The notes under the pieces were generated by a model that saw only the letters and a list, made by a program, of their open reading frames with translations, was not told the DNA's origin and did no database searches. Both the position numbers and the translations under genes were made by a program. DNA of 64,000 nucleotides, from positions 63,852 through 127,851 of the IMG/VR virus record IMGVR_UViG_3300028805_000039; one strand, 5' to 3'. The stretch comes from a virus. Its lineage: Duplodnaviria > Heunggongvirae > Uroviricota > Caudoviricetes. Positions 29,001 to 41,612 of the stretch are shown here, one piece after another; positions within the stretch are counted from its first letter, which is position 1; every line of letters begins with the position of its first letter.

Positions 29001-32000
29001 GGCCATAACTCTATTAATTTTAAAGCTTCTTCATTCGTTTTCTCAATAGCTTCTCGCCATTCTTTAGTGCCTTCTGTTAGCTAATCAATACTATTTCTTG
29101 CTTCAGTATAATCTTCAATAGTTGACTTTAACTAATTATATGTTTCAGTAGCTTTTTCAAACTCTTCTTTAGCTTTTTTAGTCGCTTCTACCTATTCGGC
29201 ATAAGCCTATCTTGCTTTATGGGTAGCATCATAAAAACTTTTAATAGCGATAACGACCCCTGCAAGTATTGCAATAACAATTGTTGCTGTAGCTGCAAAG
29301 GTAGCAATCGCTGCTCCAGCTTCACTCAATCCAGCTGTTAAAGCACCAATAGCTGGCACAGCACTATTGATACTAGTACCAGTTTTTATAGCAAATTTTC
29401 CAATACTTTCAAATAATTTTGGTACAGCATTGGCCCCTTTTATCATACGGTCTAAACTAAACATCAAAGTGCCCGATGCCGCCGCCGTAGATAACATTTT
29501 GTCTGACATACTCTTGGAAGTATCATTCCAAGTTTCTTTTAAACCTTTAATAGTATTTATAAACGAAGCTAATGCAGTTAACCCACTAGCAACTGTTGTT
29601 AAGCTTTGCCCAATACTCTATAACTCTCCTTTAACTTGCTATAAATATTCTTTTAAAATAGCCGCAGAAGAAGACATGTTAAAGAAACCTGTTGTGACAT
29701 CTTTACTTGCCCCTTGAACATTATTAAAATGATCCTCTAAAGCTCGCATAGCTCCATCTACATCAGTAGTAAAAGGTTTAATTATGTTTCTTATTGTCTC
29801 TAAACTTGTTTGAATATCAGTATTTAATTCTCCGCTTCTACCTTGTATCTTATTAAAAAAGGCTTCAGCAGCCTAATTGACTTCATCGAATCCTTTACTA
29901 GGATCCTTTATAGCCGCTTCAAATTTAGCTTTAAATTCATCAAAAAGTCTTTGAGTATTTGTTCCATATACCTCTTCAACTGTATGGCCAAACTATTTTG
30001 TAGATTGCTCTATTCCATTTATTATAGCCTCAAATGATGTTAAATTATTTGTATTTTTTGAAAAATCTATTTTGGTAAATGACTACATAGTTGTTTCAAC
30101 TATAGCCAATTCTTTCGCATATTTTTGTAAATTACTTATCTAAGTATCATATTTAGTTTTATCAAATTCGTTTGAAGTATTTTTTAATGCAAGAAAACGA
30201 TCTACTACTTTAGCCGCATTTGCTTCAACTGATTTAAGATTATCTTTTACTCCAGTACAAGCTGTTTGCAAAGTCTAAAAAGCTTTAATGGCTTCACTTG
30301 AGTATCCTTTTCCTTCTAAAAATTTTTCTACTGTCTACTTTCCCGAATGTGCTGCATCTTCAACTGCTTTAATTTCTTGTTTAAGTAATTTAAATCCTTC
30401 TTGAGCTTCTTTAGTGTCAACACTTGTTAATTTTCCTAAAATATCATCAAAACTACTACTACTATCCCAAAACTACTTATCATTAACTTCTACATTATTG
30501 CTATGTCTCTAAGCTGCATTAGATATTCGAGCCTTTTCTATTCCAAATTGTTCTTGTGCTTTCTATAACTCTTTACCAGCTTCAATTGTATTCTATACTA
30601 AAATATTGTGCTATTCTTGTAATAATGTTACTATTTTAGCTTCTTCTGCTGATAACTATTTCTTTTTATTTAATTGCTATTCTAAAATTATATTAGAATA
30701 AGCCGCCTATGACTTATAAGCGGTTCCTGCAACTTGATCTTTTGTATGAGTAGCCCCTGCATACATATTAGCTAATTGATTATTAGCATCCTATTTCATA
30801 GCAATAATTTCTTTTTGAGTATATCCAAAAAAGAATCTAATACGCTATATTAAATTATCAATACTAGAACTTAATTGTGGTCCAAAAATAGTAAGAAAAG
30901 CAGTGCTAACGACAGATAATACACCGGGCAATCCGCCCAATGCTTTAATTAAATTATTAATACCATCAAGATTTTTTTCTATAAAATCATTAACATCAAT
31001 AAAAAAATCATCATTTATTAATGATGAATAAATAGCTTCAGCAGCAGCTTTTACTCTATCTCTTGCTGCTTCCCAGCCTTCAGCATAAATTTCAGCTTGT
31101 TTATTTAAAGTTCCCTCAGAACCTTCAGCAATTTGTATATTATCTTTAAATTTATCAAAATTATCAAAAAGTGCAATTAAATTAGTATATTGACGCACAC
31201 CACCAACAGTGTTTGCGACTGTGATTCGCGAAGTTTCATCTAATGTCTACCATTTCTCTCCAATATCAAATAAAATAGTATCCATTTCTTTTAACTTTCC
31301 ATTAGCATCTAATACGTTAACACCTATTTTAGCTAATGCTTCTGTGTATTTAGTTAATCCTACGCCATCTTCTAATGTTTTACCAAGTTTCAAACTTTGT
31401 AAACGAGCGAAAATAGTCCTTAAACCAGTACCTACAGTATCAGCACTCTAACGAGTCTATGCAACAATAGTTGCTAAAGCAGCAGCGGCATTTTCATAAC
31501 TTAAACCTACTGTACTAGCAACTGATGCAAATTTTTCCATACCAACAGCAATTTCAGCTTGGCTGGAAGCAGTCGCCGCACCTAAAGCAGACATAACATC
31601 AGCATAATATTCAAGTGATTTACTTCCATCATCAAAATTATTCCAGACAGCTGTCATCTAATCAGATACAGTTTCAGCTGTCTATCTAGAAACATTTGCC
31701 AATTTTAAAGTTGCTTCAGTTCTACGTGCTACTTCTTCATCAGTTAAACCCTATTGATAATAAATTAAAGAAGCATTAGTATAATCTAATGTAGTAGAAC
31801 TTAAACTACGCGCTGCTTTATTAGCACGATCAGCAAATAAAGACATTTCTTCGGCTGACTAATTAGTAACAATACGAATATTATTTAAAGATTCATTTAA
31901 ATTCTAAGCATATCCATATGCACTGGAGATCCCACCAACTAATGTGTGGATAACACTTGAAGAAATCTAAAATCGTGCGACATTCTTCAATGTAATCCAC

Positions 32001-32398
32001 ATTTGATTAATCATACTATTACTACGTTCTAAAGAAACATTAGCTGTACTAATAGATTGAGTTAATTGCAAAAATGCCTATTTTCCATTTGCACCTAATT
32101 TAGATAAGGCAGAGCCATAATCCCCCAATGTTTTTCCACTAGTTTTTAATGAATTATTAAATTTTACTAAATCTAATGATCCATCTGTCCGCATAGCATC
32201 CTGTAATTTTACTTTTAATTCAGTGGCTGCTATTTTTGCTTTATTAATTTCAGCACTAATCCCAGAACCACCTAATCCAATAGATGGCTAGTTTAAAGCT
32301 TTATCTAATAAACGATTTAATTCTTGAATAGAATTTTTTGCCTAACTTGTATCAGCAGTAAATCGCATATCAACATTTAAGTGTTTTCCTCCACTCAT
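23096..32398 (-). CDS. Tail tape measure protein, 3100 aa (TAG=Gln)
   Basis: ATG 32398 after GAAAGGAG. N-terminal TP901-type core (LNESLNNIRIVT...AARSLSSTTLDYTNASLIYY), long Ala/Glu/Lys helical body, and C-terminal DTGGYTGSWG..GKIAVLH motif. Eleven track fragments are in frame; TAA at 23096. Confidence 0.9.
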
Positions 32399-32444
32399 TG
32401 GACTAAAACTCCTTTCTCTCTATAACATTATATATAAAAAAGAA

Positions 32445-32484
32445 AAACGGATTATTACCCATTGTAAAGAATAATAATCCGTTT
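32445..32484 (-). terminator. Terminator-like hairpin between the chaperone gene and the tape measure start
   Basis: AAACGGATTATT...AATAATCCGTTT followed by TTTCTTTTTT on the minus strand. Confidence 0.55.
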
Positions 32485-32551
32485 ATAAAAATCATATTCT
32501 TCTATTAATAAATAATAAATATATTAATAGAATTAATTTAATTAGGCCATT

Positions 32552-33079
32552 TTAAGTTGTCTTATCAATAATTTCTTTTAATTCTTTTATATTATTATCA
32601 TTTGCTATTTTATCTTTTATAGTATCTATATCTAAATTTAAATTACTATAATCAGTCTATAAAGAATCTAAAATGCCATAAACAGAATTGCGATATTCCA
32701 TAATACTAATAATACTAGCATTAGTATGTTTTTCAAACCAATCACAATCATCTTTTGGAATTAAATCCCAAATCTATTTCATTAATCCTGAAGCAACAAA
32801 ATTATCATATAATTTCATTGGATTCTCTTTTTGTTTATCTGTAAACTTAATATTAGTATAAGCATATAATACTTCCATTTTAATATTAAAATCAATGCGA
32901 GCAGTATTATAAAATCCTCTTTCATCAATAGAATTATTAATAATATTTGTTAATACTTCTAATTTCTTTTCTAATGGAAGAAATTGCTTTACTTCAATTT
33001 GTTCATTGCCGCAATGAATAATAGCAATTTCATCAAAGTTTGGTTTTAAGCCTAATTTAGTATATGTGACTTGTGCCAT
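32552..33079 (-). CDS. Probable tail assembly chaperone, 175 aa (TAG=Gln)
   Basis: ATG 33079 after AAAGGAGG; lies directly upstream of the tape measure gene; the TAG at 32774 reads through to TAA at 32552. Confidence 0.6.
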
Positions 33080-33114
33080 TATTTTTAGCCTCCTTTAACT
33101 CTTCTTTATTTTTA

Positions 33115-33143
33115 ATTATAACATTTTTTTTTAATTTTTGCAA
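33115..33143 (-). promoter_or_regulatory. sigmaA-like promoter for the putative chaperone gene
   Basis: Minus strand TTGCAA (33143-33138), 17 bp, TATAAT (33120-33115). Confidence 0.55.
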
Positions 33144-33148
33144 TTTTT

Positions 33149-34324
33149 TTAATCTGTATGTGCCATCATTGCCACTGCACCACTAGAAATAGGACCATCT
33201 TTTGGTTTATAAAAAGCTAATACATATGACTAAGCCTTAAATTCAGCTAATAATTCTGATGTAAAATAAATCTAATTACCTGTACTAAAAATAAAGTTAT
33301 TTTTACCAATAATATTTATCAAATTAGACATAGCAGCATACATACCTGCATGCCAAAAATATTTTCCATTTCCTTCGGGGATAAAATTAGCATGTGATCC
33401 AAAATCAAGAAAATATCTATTTCCTCCATATCCAGGTGACCAAGGAGTCATCCAACTTTTTGATTGGATACCTCCTAATAATTTTTCCTAATCATCTGTT
33501 GTAATAGTCTAATGAGATGCAGCATTCCCTAAATTCTCCATTTGATTTATAAGTAATGATAAATTATCTTTATCATTACTATTAACATTTATGGTTCCTA
33601 AAAGTATATCGTATTGAATTTGCTAACCTTTTTCATTTCGCTAAGACCCTGATGATATTGCCTTTATTCCATACTATTTTAAAATTTTTTCTAATGCTGG
33701 GACTAATAATTCTTCTTTATAATATCCTTTTAAAGATTTCTTATAATTATCTATCCTATGAGCAATAATTCCAGTTTGTAATTGTTCAAGTATTAATTTT
33801 CTAGCATAACCAAATAAATTATTCTAAATATCAGTATTTGTAGTATGACCTAGTTTGGTAATAGAAGCTACATGAGAAGCAACCATCTAACGAGTAAAAT
33901 TATTTGATTCTAAAAATTTTTCTATATCTTTCGTTATATTTTCTGCTAATCGTTCTGGTTTAATTTCACCAGCTTCTCCTCTTCTAATTAAGTCTTTATA
34001 CCGATTAAGTAAAGTATTATAACTAGCAGTATTCCCTTCCCCGGAAATTGTTTTTATCATAAAATCTTCCATTAATTCTTTAATAGCATCAAAAGCTTTA
34101 TTAAATGTTTCATCCAATTCATTATCAGTTTCCTATTCCAATGCTTCATTTAATTTATTTAAAAAGTCTTTAGCTGCTCCTTTTTGCTATAATTCTAACT
34201 ATTGTAAGAAATTTCTTTTCTGTTCTTTAAAATTATTGATTGCATTATTATAAGCACTATCAATAATACTATGAGACTAATTTTTATAATATATATACCA
34301 AGGATTATTTAATACAGGACTCAT
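33149..34324 (-). CDS. Hypothetical tail-module protein, 391 aa (TAG=Gln)
   Basis: ATG 34324 after AGGAG; includes track fragment 33887-34117; TAA at 33149. Confidence 0.7.
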
Positions 34325-34348
34325 AATATAAACTCCTAAAAAAAAAAT

Positions 34349-34381
34349 AAGGAGAGAAATATTTATATATCTCTCTCCTTT
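34349..34381 (-). terminator. Intrinsic terminator after the major tail gene
   Basis: AAGGAGAGA...TCTCTCCTT hairpin followed by a T-run on the minus strand. Confidence 0.6.
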
Positions 34382-34388
34382 AATTTAA

Positions 34389-35447
34389 TTAACCATTAGC
34401 GTTTTCAATTCTCTAACTAAGTAAATCCTCGTGAGGATCAACACCAGTTGTAACACCATCAACTGCATAGACACCATTAGGTGTAGCACCACGGTGGAGC
34501 TCTTGAGCACTTTCTTCTTCAATGATTTGAACAACAGCAAGAACTTTCTTACTATGATCAAAACGAGTGTAATCAGGGAATGCATCCATAGTGAAAGTAA
34601 AGCTTGATGGATCACCAGAAGATGCCATAGTAAATGTAAAGTTAGATTGAATCTTGCAGTTAGGAATTATGAATTCAGCAGGCATATCTACACCAGCTTC
34701 ATTACGGAAGAGGGTAGAAGCTTCAAGATAGAAGTTACCACCAAATTTATCGGGGGTAATTTCAATTTGTTGTGCAGCTGCTTCACGAGCTACATAGAAA
34801 TCAACAAGAACACTATCAAACTTAATATCATCAATTTGACCAATCTTATATCCAACATTATCATTACCGGTATGAGTATCATCATAACAATTATGCTCAG
34901 CAATAGTAATAACATATTTTCCATTTTCATCAGGAGTAATTGCTCCATGAACTGGAATGTAAGGCTCAGTTACGATAGCGCCATCACGCATAAACATAAC
35001 ATAAGCAAAGTTCTCACCCTTATTTTCTGGTAAATAAGGTTCCTAAGATAATGGAATTGTAACTGAAGAACTAGTACTATTACCTTCAGCGATAGAAGAT
35101 TTTAAAACATCACCAGCATCAATAGTTTCTGTAACATGTTGATAAATTGGTTTCCCAGCTGTAGCAGTTACAAGACCAGCACCAGAAAGAATCATAAATC
35201 CTTCTGGAGAAATAAGAGCATCTTCCATAGTGAAAGTTACAGTTCTTTCACCTTCCCATGCTACTAAACGAGCATTACCACGTCCACCTTGGGCATATAC
35301 TGTAGTAGCTGCACCCTCGAGACTAGAAGTTTTTAAAGTATCAAAATAAATAACCGGTTCATTTTTATAGAAAATTTTATTGCCAACTTGCATACGGTTC
35401 TTTGCACGAAGAACTACATCACAAATCTCACGTACACCAAACTTCAT
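34389..35447 (-). CDS. Probable major tail (tube) protein, 352 aa with only two TAG codons
   Basis: ATG 35447 after AAGGAGG. Fragments 35043-35447 and 34413-34997 join across the TAG at 35043; a second TAG at 34413 reads to TAA at 34389. Position, codon bias, the following terminator and beta-rich motifs (VTFTMEDAL, FTFTMDAF) fit a tube protein. Confidence 0.7.
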
Positions 35448-35466
35448 AATGTGTTTTCCTCCTTAA

Positions 35467-36201
35467 TTAATTATGAATATTTTTCATCCAATTGTCGGGC
35501 TTAGAGTCTGGTTTCCCGCCGGCCAAACGGCTACGGATATCTAAATCCCAATTAATCCATAAATGGTATCGTTCAATTAAATCATATAATTGAAACATTG
35601 TTAAATTTATCAATTCGTGCAAAGGCTAATATAAAGCCACTGCTAAAATTGATAAATACTAACTTAAAACACTCGCATTCTTTGCACCTGACTCAGCGGC
35701 AATTCGTTCTCGTCCTCGCTATAATTTTCTTGCAATTTCTTGAGCCTTTGCCCCACCAGGATTAAATGCTTGCTAATCCATAGGACCATTACTAACGCAA
35801 AAAATCTAACGCAATATTATCTATAAATCTTCAAAATTCTCAACATCTACAATAATATTCTCTCCCTATCCATCGTTTGGACGAAATAATAAAGAATTTG
35901 GAGTAAATAACACCTAATATTTAGGAAATAATAATAATAAAACCTATTGTACAGCCTACTTTTTATCTTGCGCTTTGGTTTCTTGCATTATTTTCATAAA
36001 TATTTGAAAATTATTTATTGTTGATAGAAGATTTTTGTCCTAAACAAACATAGTTTTATATAAAGAAAGACATTGAGCTCCAGTAAAATATACTTGCTCA
36101 CCAAGCATAGAAATTTCTTTAATTGAAGGCTAATGAACCACTAATTGGCAAGCTGGAATTGGGATATCACTCCCGCACATTAAGGCTAGCCTATAATCCA
36201 T
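35467..36201 (-). CDS. Neck/tail completion region hypothetical protein, 244 aa (TAG=Gln)
   Basis: ATG 36201 after GAAAAGGA; MDYRLALMCGSDIPIPACQLVVH*PSIKEISMLGE; TAA at 35467. Confidence 0.7.
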
Positions 36202-36808
36202 TAGGATATTCCTTTTCCTACTCTTTCTATGCCAAAATCATTTTTTTATATTCTTGTTCAAACTATTCTTGCTCATTCGGATTAGGCATTCTCTTTTTAT
36301 CTTCTTCTCCATGATAAGTTCTATACATTAAACATAATCCAGCAAATTCATCATTTAAAATAATCTAATTTGCTCCTAAGAATTCAATTTTCCCAATACC
36401 AGTTAATTTCTACTAATTAAGCATTGAATCAATTTCAGCTGCAATACGATACGGACGTAAATTATAGTCTTTTAATTGCCATTGATCAAAATGACAAATA
36501 ATATCAAATTCAATAATATTATCTCTAAATTCAGGATTCTCTGATTCGACAAAATTATCAAAACTAATAATAATATAATTCAATACGCTTTTATCTATAT
36601 ATAACTTAGGAACATTTTTAATTTCTTTGCCAAACATTTTAATTTTTTCATTATCAGAAAGATTTGGCTATTCAAGAGCGTCTCTTGTAGTACGACATAA
36701 TAATTTACATAATCTGTCATTGCTTAAAAACTTATCTATTAGTAATCTCATATCTTTATTAATAGATAAAAAACTACTTTTTGGAGGATGATAATTTTCA
36801 ATTTTCAT
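36167..36808 (-). CDS. Putative tail terminator/neck protein, up to 213 aa (TAG=Gln)
   Basis: ATG 36808 after AAAGGAG; includes IEFDIICH...LRPYRIAAEIDSML. The first TAA/TGA is TGA at 36167, but the true end is uncertain because of three TAGs near the C-terminus. Confidence 0.6.
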
Positions 36809-36836
36809 ACTCTTTCTCCTTTTACTCTTATTTCAA

Positions 36837-37967
36837 TTAAAACAATGATTCAACAACAATTGTTTTTGAGAAATTTTTATCATGGCCAATTTCTTTATTT
36901 CCATACCATAAAGTAAATTGTCCACTATAACTACTATTCCATTTAATTTTAATTCCAGGAATACCTTTTTCTGTTTTAAACTTTTCTAATAATACAGGAA
37001 CACGCGGTCCATCTATATACCAATCACCATTGCTATTTTTATCAGCATTTACAAAATATTGATATTCAATTTTTGGTTTAATAAATGTTGGACCAATAAT
37101 ATCTTCTTTTCGATTAATTTCAGGTTCTATATTCTTTTTAATATAAGCTCCTACTAATCCATCCTAAATATTATCTTCAGTCTCATTAGCAAAGTATTCA
37201 ACAGCTGTAATTTCAAAAATCCCTTTTGTACTAATTGAATCAGTTGCTTCTACTCTCCAACATATATTATTATCTGGAGAATCAGCATCTTTTAAATAAA
37301 ATTTTTTATATCTTTGAAACTATTTCATAACCTATTCATTTTTCGGTAATAAAATATGTAGACTATGATTTGGTTCATCAATACTAATACCGTGTTTCTA
37401 AATAAAATTGATTTTTGTTTCTACTGGGCCTCTAATTGCTGCATATGTGCTCTATTCATTTCCATCTTCATCCAGCCAATTAATTTCATAATCACAACGA
37501 CGAATTTCAGCTCTGAAATAAGCAATTTCATCTAAATCCTATAGAGTAATTAACCAATAACTATTGGTACGACACCACTCAAATATATCGCCAACTTCAA
37601 AACCGTGCTCAAATCCAATAGAAATAATTTTGTCATCATAATCAAATTTATTTTTGTCAGGGTTGATAAGTGCTCGCACCGGAGCCGAATGTTCAGGCCC
37701 GTGCTCTAAATTTTTTACTCCTTGGATTTTTTTTACCCAAGCTCCTTGATAAGAATACAATGTTGCTTTATCTAATGACTTTCTTTTATCCCGAATCATT
37801 CGTTCCTATTGCGGGAAGCCTCCTCTATAACGCAACTAGTCAGCTATCGTATTGGCGCCTTCTACTGTGTCTTTGTAATATTTATGAGGTTCTAAATTCC
37901 CAAGTCTTGCCCCCATTAATTTCATAGCTAAATTAGCGCCAATACCAAAAGAATCATTTTTATTCAT
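36837..37967 (-). CDS. Putative head closure/neck protein, 376 aa (TAG=Gln)
   Basis: ATG 37967 overlaps the upstream TGA; includes fragment 37539-37799; TAA at 36837. Function inferred from position only. Confidence 0.6.
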
Positions 37968-38275
37968 TCTTTTGTATCTCCATTAAACTCATTAATTAAA
38001 TTAATGCATTCAAATACTGTTTTTCTATAAATAGAAAAATCTACATCTACTACACGCAATCCCTCTAATTTAGATAAAAGCTATAAAAAACATGAATTAT
38101 GAAGAAAAATTTGATCTTTCCCAGCAATATCAATAATTACTGTTTCTAACTATCTATCCCAGTCTTCCCCATTCTCCCTCATAGGAATTAACTTCCAAAG
38201 CTAATTAGTTAATCTAATAACTTCTTTTTTTATATCTTCTTCTCTAAAAGCAAATTTATATTTACTTGAAATCAA
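37964..38275 (-). CDS. Small hypothetical protein, 103 aa (TTG start, TAG=Gln)
   Basis: TTG overlaps the upstream TGA; ...LTN*LWKLIPMRENGEDWDR*LETV...; TGA at 37964. Confidence 0.6.
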
Positions 38276-38856
38276 TAATATACACCATGACCCAAAGCAT
38301 TTTTCCAATTAGACTAATATCTTTGGTCCTCTCTATTGATCTTGCGGCGTTTATATAAACGCTACATATGATGAGATTGACGCTGACATTCTGACAATAA
38401 AGCTAATAATTTCTATAAATGATTAGCCTATGATGTCATTTTAAAATCAGCGCCACTATATTTCATGCGTGTACTTTCGATAGATGTTACCTGTCGTTGA
38501 ACCCAAGCAATCATCATTAAAATCGCTAAAATATTAATTTCCTCTGAATTTAAATCAGAGGAAAAAGTAGATTTTTCAATTAATGCTAATGGAGGTCTTC
38601 CAAAATCATTTTCATCAATAGTATCGTCCCATAGAACACCAATTAAAAAATCATCTTCAGTTACTTCATTTTCTGGCTTAATTTCTTGATCTATAGTATA
38701 ATCATATAAATTACATCTTGGAAATTCAAAACCAGGAATAGCATCTATTAACATATTTCTTAAATCTTTAATAGTATCCTATGGAGTTAATTCAACATAC
38801 ATGTCATCAGTAATTTTACCAAGAAAGCGGTTATAAATATCTGTGAATTTAGTCAC
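38272..38856 (-). CDS. Putative head-tail adaptor, 194 aa (GTG start, TAG=Gln)
   Basis: GTG 38856 after GGAGG; MTKFTDIYNRFLGKITDDMY; TGA at 38272; located shortly after the capsid genes. Confidence 0.6.
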
Positions 38857-38877
38857 AAAATACGCCTCCTTCTTTAA

Positions 38878-39429
38878 TTACCCCTAATTAACAACCTTAT
38901 AATTAGTTTGAGTTCTACGACCAGTTACTGGAGTATCAATAGCTTTTTCGACAGCCTTTTCAGTTTTATCGTCAACTTCTGTACCAGAATTAGCAATCGC
39001 TTTATCAACATCAAAACCGGTCTTTTTCTTTAAAGCCGCACGTTTTTCAAAGTCAGTTAAAGGTAATTCTACAGCAAACTTTTTAACTAATTCCAAGACG
39101 CCCTCTGGAGCATAGTCTAAACAATCTAAAAAAGCTGGTAAAGTTCCAGTCTTTAAAAGCTCAATAATCTGCGCTTCTGACATATAATATTCTGGTTCAA
39201 CATTAAGTCCAAGACTTTTAGGGACGCCTTCACTCTAAATCTATAAAAAATTAATCATCATCTCGCGGCCACCTGGCTGATAACTTAAATGCAATAATTC
39301 TTCATAAGAAATACGCTTTGTCTCACCAGGAGTAAAACGTCTTACAATATTATCTTCTGGAATTGTATATTTTACAATACCAGCACTACGATTTTTTACA
39401 TTATAAAAATATTTTCTTTGTTCTACCAT
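38878..39429 (-). CDS. Hypothetical head-module protein, 183 aa (TAG=Gln)
   Basis: Fragments 39241-39429 and 38884-39183 are in frame; ends TAG-GGG-TAA. Confidence 0.75.
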
Positions 39430-39464
39430 TTTTAATAAATCTCCTTTTACTCATAATAAAAAAT

Positions 39465-39494
39465 AGGAGAGCGGGAGATTTACTCCCTCTCCCC
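39465..39494 (-). terminator. Intrinsic terminator after the major capsid gene
   Basis: GGAGAGCGGGAG...CTCCCTCTCC imperfect hairpin with a T-run on the minus strand. Confidence 0.55.
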
Positions 39495-39527
39495 TTTATC
39501 TCAAAAATTATTTAATTAATTTTTAAA

Positions 39528-40751
39528 TTATGGATTAGTTGTGCCGCCTTGGGAAGGAGTTGTATTTTCTCCGCCTTGTGCAGGAGTGGTATTTCCACTA
39601 TTAGTACCGCTATCAGCACTAGAACCATCCTCATTCACAGCACCATCAAATTGACCATCTTTACGGCCATCATAAGTAATTACATTACCAGTAACTCCAT
39701 TAAAGTTCCAAGTATCCATTTGTCCCATAAGAGAAGTGTCAACATAGCAACAAATATCATTAGTTAACATAGCAACTACGCCAACCTTACGATATACATG
39801 AATTTCTTTACTCCAAGTACCACGATTATCGTCTTCACGTACAAGAGTATTACCCTCAAAGGCAATCTTAACAGGCTTGCTATTAGCTCCAGCAGGAATA
39901 ATCCAACAATAACCTGGATCAATAACCTTACGGCTATTAGTTTCATCTTCAAAGCCTTGATCAAGAATAGTTACAGTATGACCTTTATAATTAGCAAGAC
40001 GACCTTTTTCCCAAAGTTCTTGCTTCATACCATCAGTATAACGCCAAGCTTCTTGAGGAATCATTTTAACAGCAAATTCATAAGTACAATAAATAGCAGG
40101 AGTACCATAAGCACTTGCAATATAAATTAAACGATCAAACTCAGTTTCATCAAAACCATTAAAAGCAACACGATTTGCTGGAGGAAGTTGATTAATAGAA
40201 GCTTTAAGAGCATGAGCAACTTCTTTTGCAATTAATTCTTCCATACCCTCGTAAATAATACGAGTTACTTCAGCAAAATCAACACGACCATCAAGGAACT
40301 CTTCAAATCCAATTTGAGCAGCTCCGCCAATAGCACTAGTGCGAACTTCGAAAGCCTCTTCAGCTTTACCAAGCTTAAAGACTTCATATACACCAGCAAG
40401 ACCAACACGAGTAATGAATTGTTTTGCACGGTTATTTGAATTGAGCTTACGACGGAAAATAGGTTTATCACCTTGACCAAAGGTCTTTACTTCAGCAAAT
40501 TGCATATAGGTTTCAGTAACCTTACGTGGAAGCACTTCATCAAGAGTTTGTTCAATAAGAGTAAAAATAGTATTTTTATTTTCACGATATGCAGCATTAG
40601 TGCCACAAAGTTCATTGAGTTCTTGGCGAAGAGTTTCATTTAAAACATCATAACTAAGATTCTGTCCATTAAAACTATAAGAAGTAGGAGCAGAAGCATT
40701 AGCTTTAGCTGTAATCTTCATTAATTGAAGTAAGTTATTAAAATCCAACAT
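39528..40751 (-). CDS. Major capsid protein, 407 aa, no TAG codons
   Basis: Intact ORF with strong RBS and optimised codons; follows the protease and a decoration-like gene; has a low-complexity Gly/Thr/Asn C-terminal tail. Confidence 0.8.
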   Translation of the reverse strand: MLDFNNLLQLMKITAKANASAPTSYSFNGQNLSYDVLNETLRQELNELCGTNAAYRENKNTIFTLIEQTLDEVLPRKVTETYMQFAEVKTFGQGDKPIFRRKLNSNNRAKQFITRVGLAGVYEVFKLGKAEEAFEVRTSAIGGAAQIGFEEFLDGRVDFAEVTRIIYEGMEELIAKEVAHALKASINQLPPANRVAFNGFDETEFDRLIYIASAYGTPAIYCTYEFAVKMIPQEAWRYTDGMKQELWEKGRLANYKGHTVTILDQGFEDETNSRKVIDPGYCWIIPAGANSKPVKIAFEGNTLVREDDNRGTWSKEIHVYRKVGVVAMLTNDICCYVDTSLMGQMDTWNFNGVTGNVITYDGRKDGQFDGAVNEDGSSADSGTNSGNTTPAQGGENTTPSQGGTTNP

Positions 40752-40772
40752 TATCTTCTTTCTCCTTTCTTA

Positions 40773-41597
40773 TTATTGAATACGCATTAATTTTACGCCT
40801 GGTTGATGATCTGGCATAGTATAAACTTTAACAACTTGCCATACCATATCAGATGCAGTTGGAGTTGCTTTCTTAGTAAGAATACCCTTATTGTTCTTAT
40901 CAGGAACAAGTTTATCTTTAAGAGCTACAGTATTATCGGCAATCATATTTGTAGTCATAATATCGCCAACATGAGTCTTAACAAGACGTGGAACCATAGT
41001 AGTTCCTTCTGGCATTAATTGTTCGGTGTAAGGTCCAACAATATGGAATGGATCTTCATTGTAATGAAGTTCATACATATCAGGAGCAGCAGTTACATCA
41101 TCAACTGGGAATGACTTTGCATTATCGCCTTCACCAAAAGTAACTTTACCATTAGCAAATTTAATGCTACCATTTTTTGCGTCAACACCATTGCCATTGT
41201 AGTAACGAGATTGTCTATCCCACATTTCATCAGGTTGAAGATTACGATCCTTATCATAACCACCACCAAATGGGCTATATACACGAGCTTGATAATTATC
41301 CTTAATCATTGCGAACTCAGCATCAATTTGATGATCGCGATAAAGTTTAATTTCATTATATACTAATAACCATTCGCCAGGACCAGTAAAGTCTACAACG
41401 CCCTCAGCATAGTCATACTTTGCAAATTGACCATTTTCAAGAATTTGAATATCAGCAGCGGCTGGGAGTTGAGCATATACCTCTTTAGTAGCTTCACCAG
41501 AGAGGTGGTTAGCTTCAACTTGACCGTATCCATAGCCATTAGTCTTAATATATCCAGCTTGGCTTTCAATATTTTTCTTTAAGAAATCACTAAGCAT
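40773..41597 (-). CDS. Abundant head protein (capsid decoration/stabiliser-like), 274 aa, no TAG codons
   Basis: Intact ORF between the protease/scaffold and capsid genes, with the same high-expression codon style. Confidence 0.6.
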   Translation of the reverse strand: MLSDFLKKNIESQAGYIKTNGYGYGQVEANHLSGEATKEVYAQLPAAADIQILENGQFAKYDYAEGVVDFTGPGEWLLVYNEIKLYRDHQIDAEFAMIKDNYQARVYSPFGGGYDKDRNLQPDEMWDRQSRYYNGNGVDAKNGSIKFANGKVTFGEGDNAKSFPVDDVTAAPDMYELHYNEDPFHIVGPYTEQLMPEGTTMVPRLVKTHVGDIMTTNMIADNTVALKDKLVPDKNNKGILTKKATPTASDMVWQVVKVYTMPDHQPGVKLMRIQ

Positions 41598-41612
41598 TTT
41601 ATATTATCCTCC

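Noticed and set aside
30451-30464. Apparent run of tandem TAG codons (ctactactacta)
   Set aside because: In the tape measure frame it encodes Ser-Ser-Ser-Ser.
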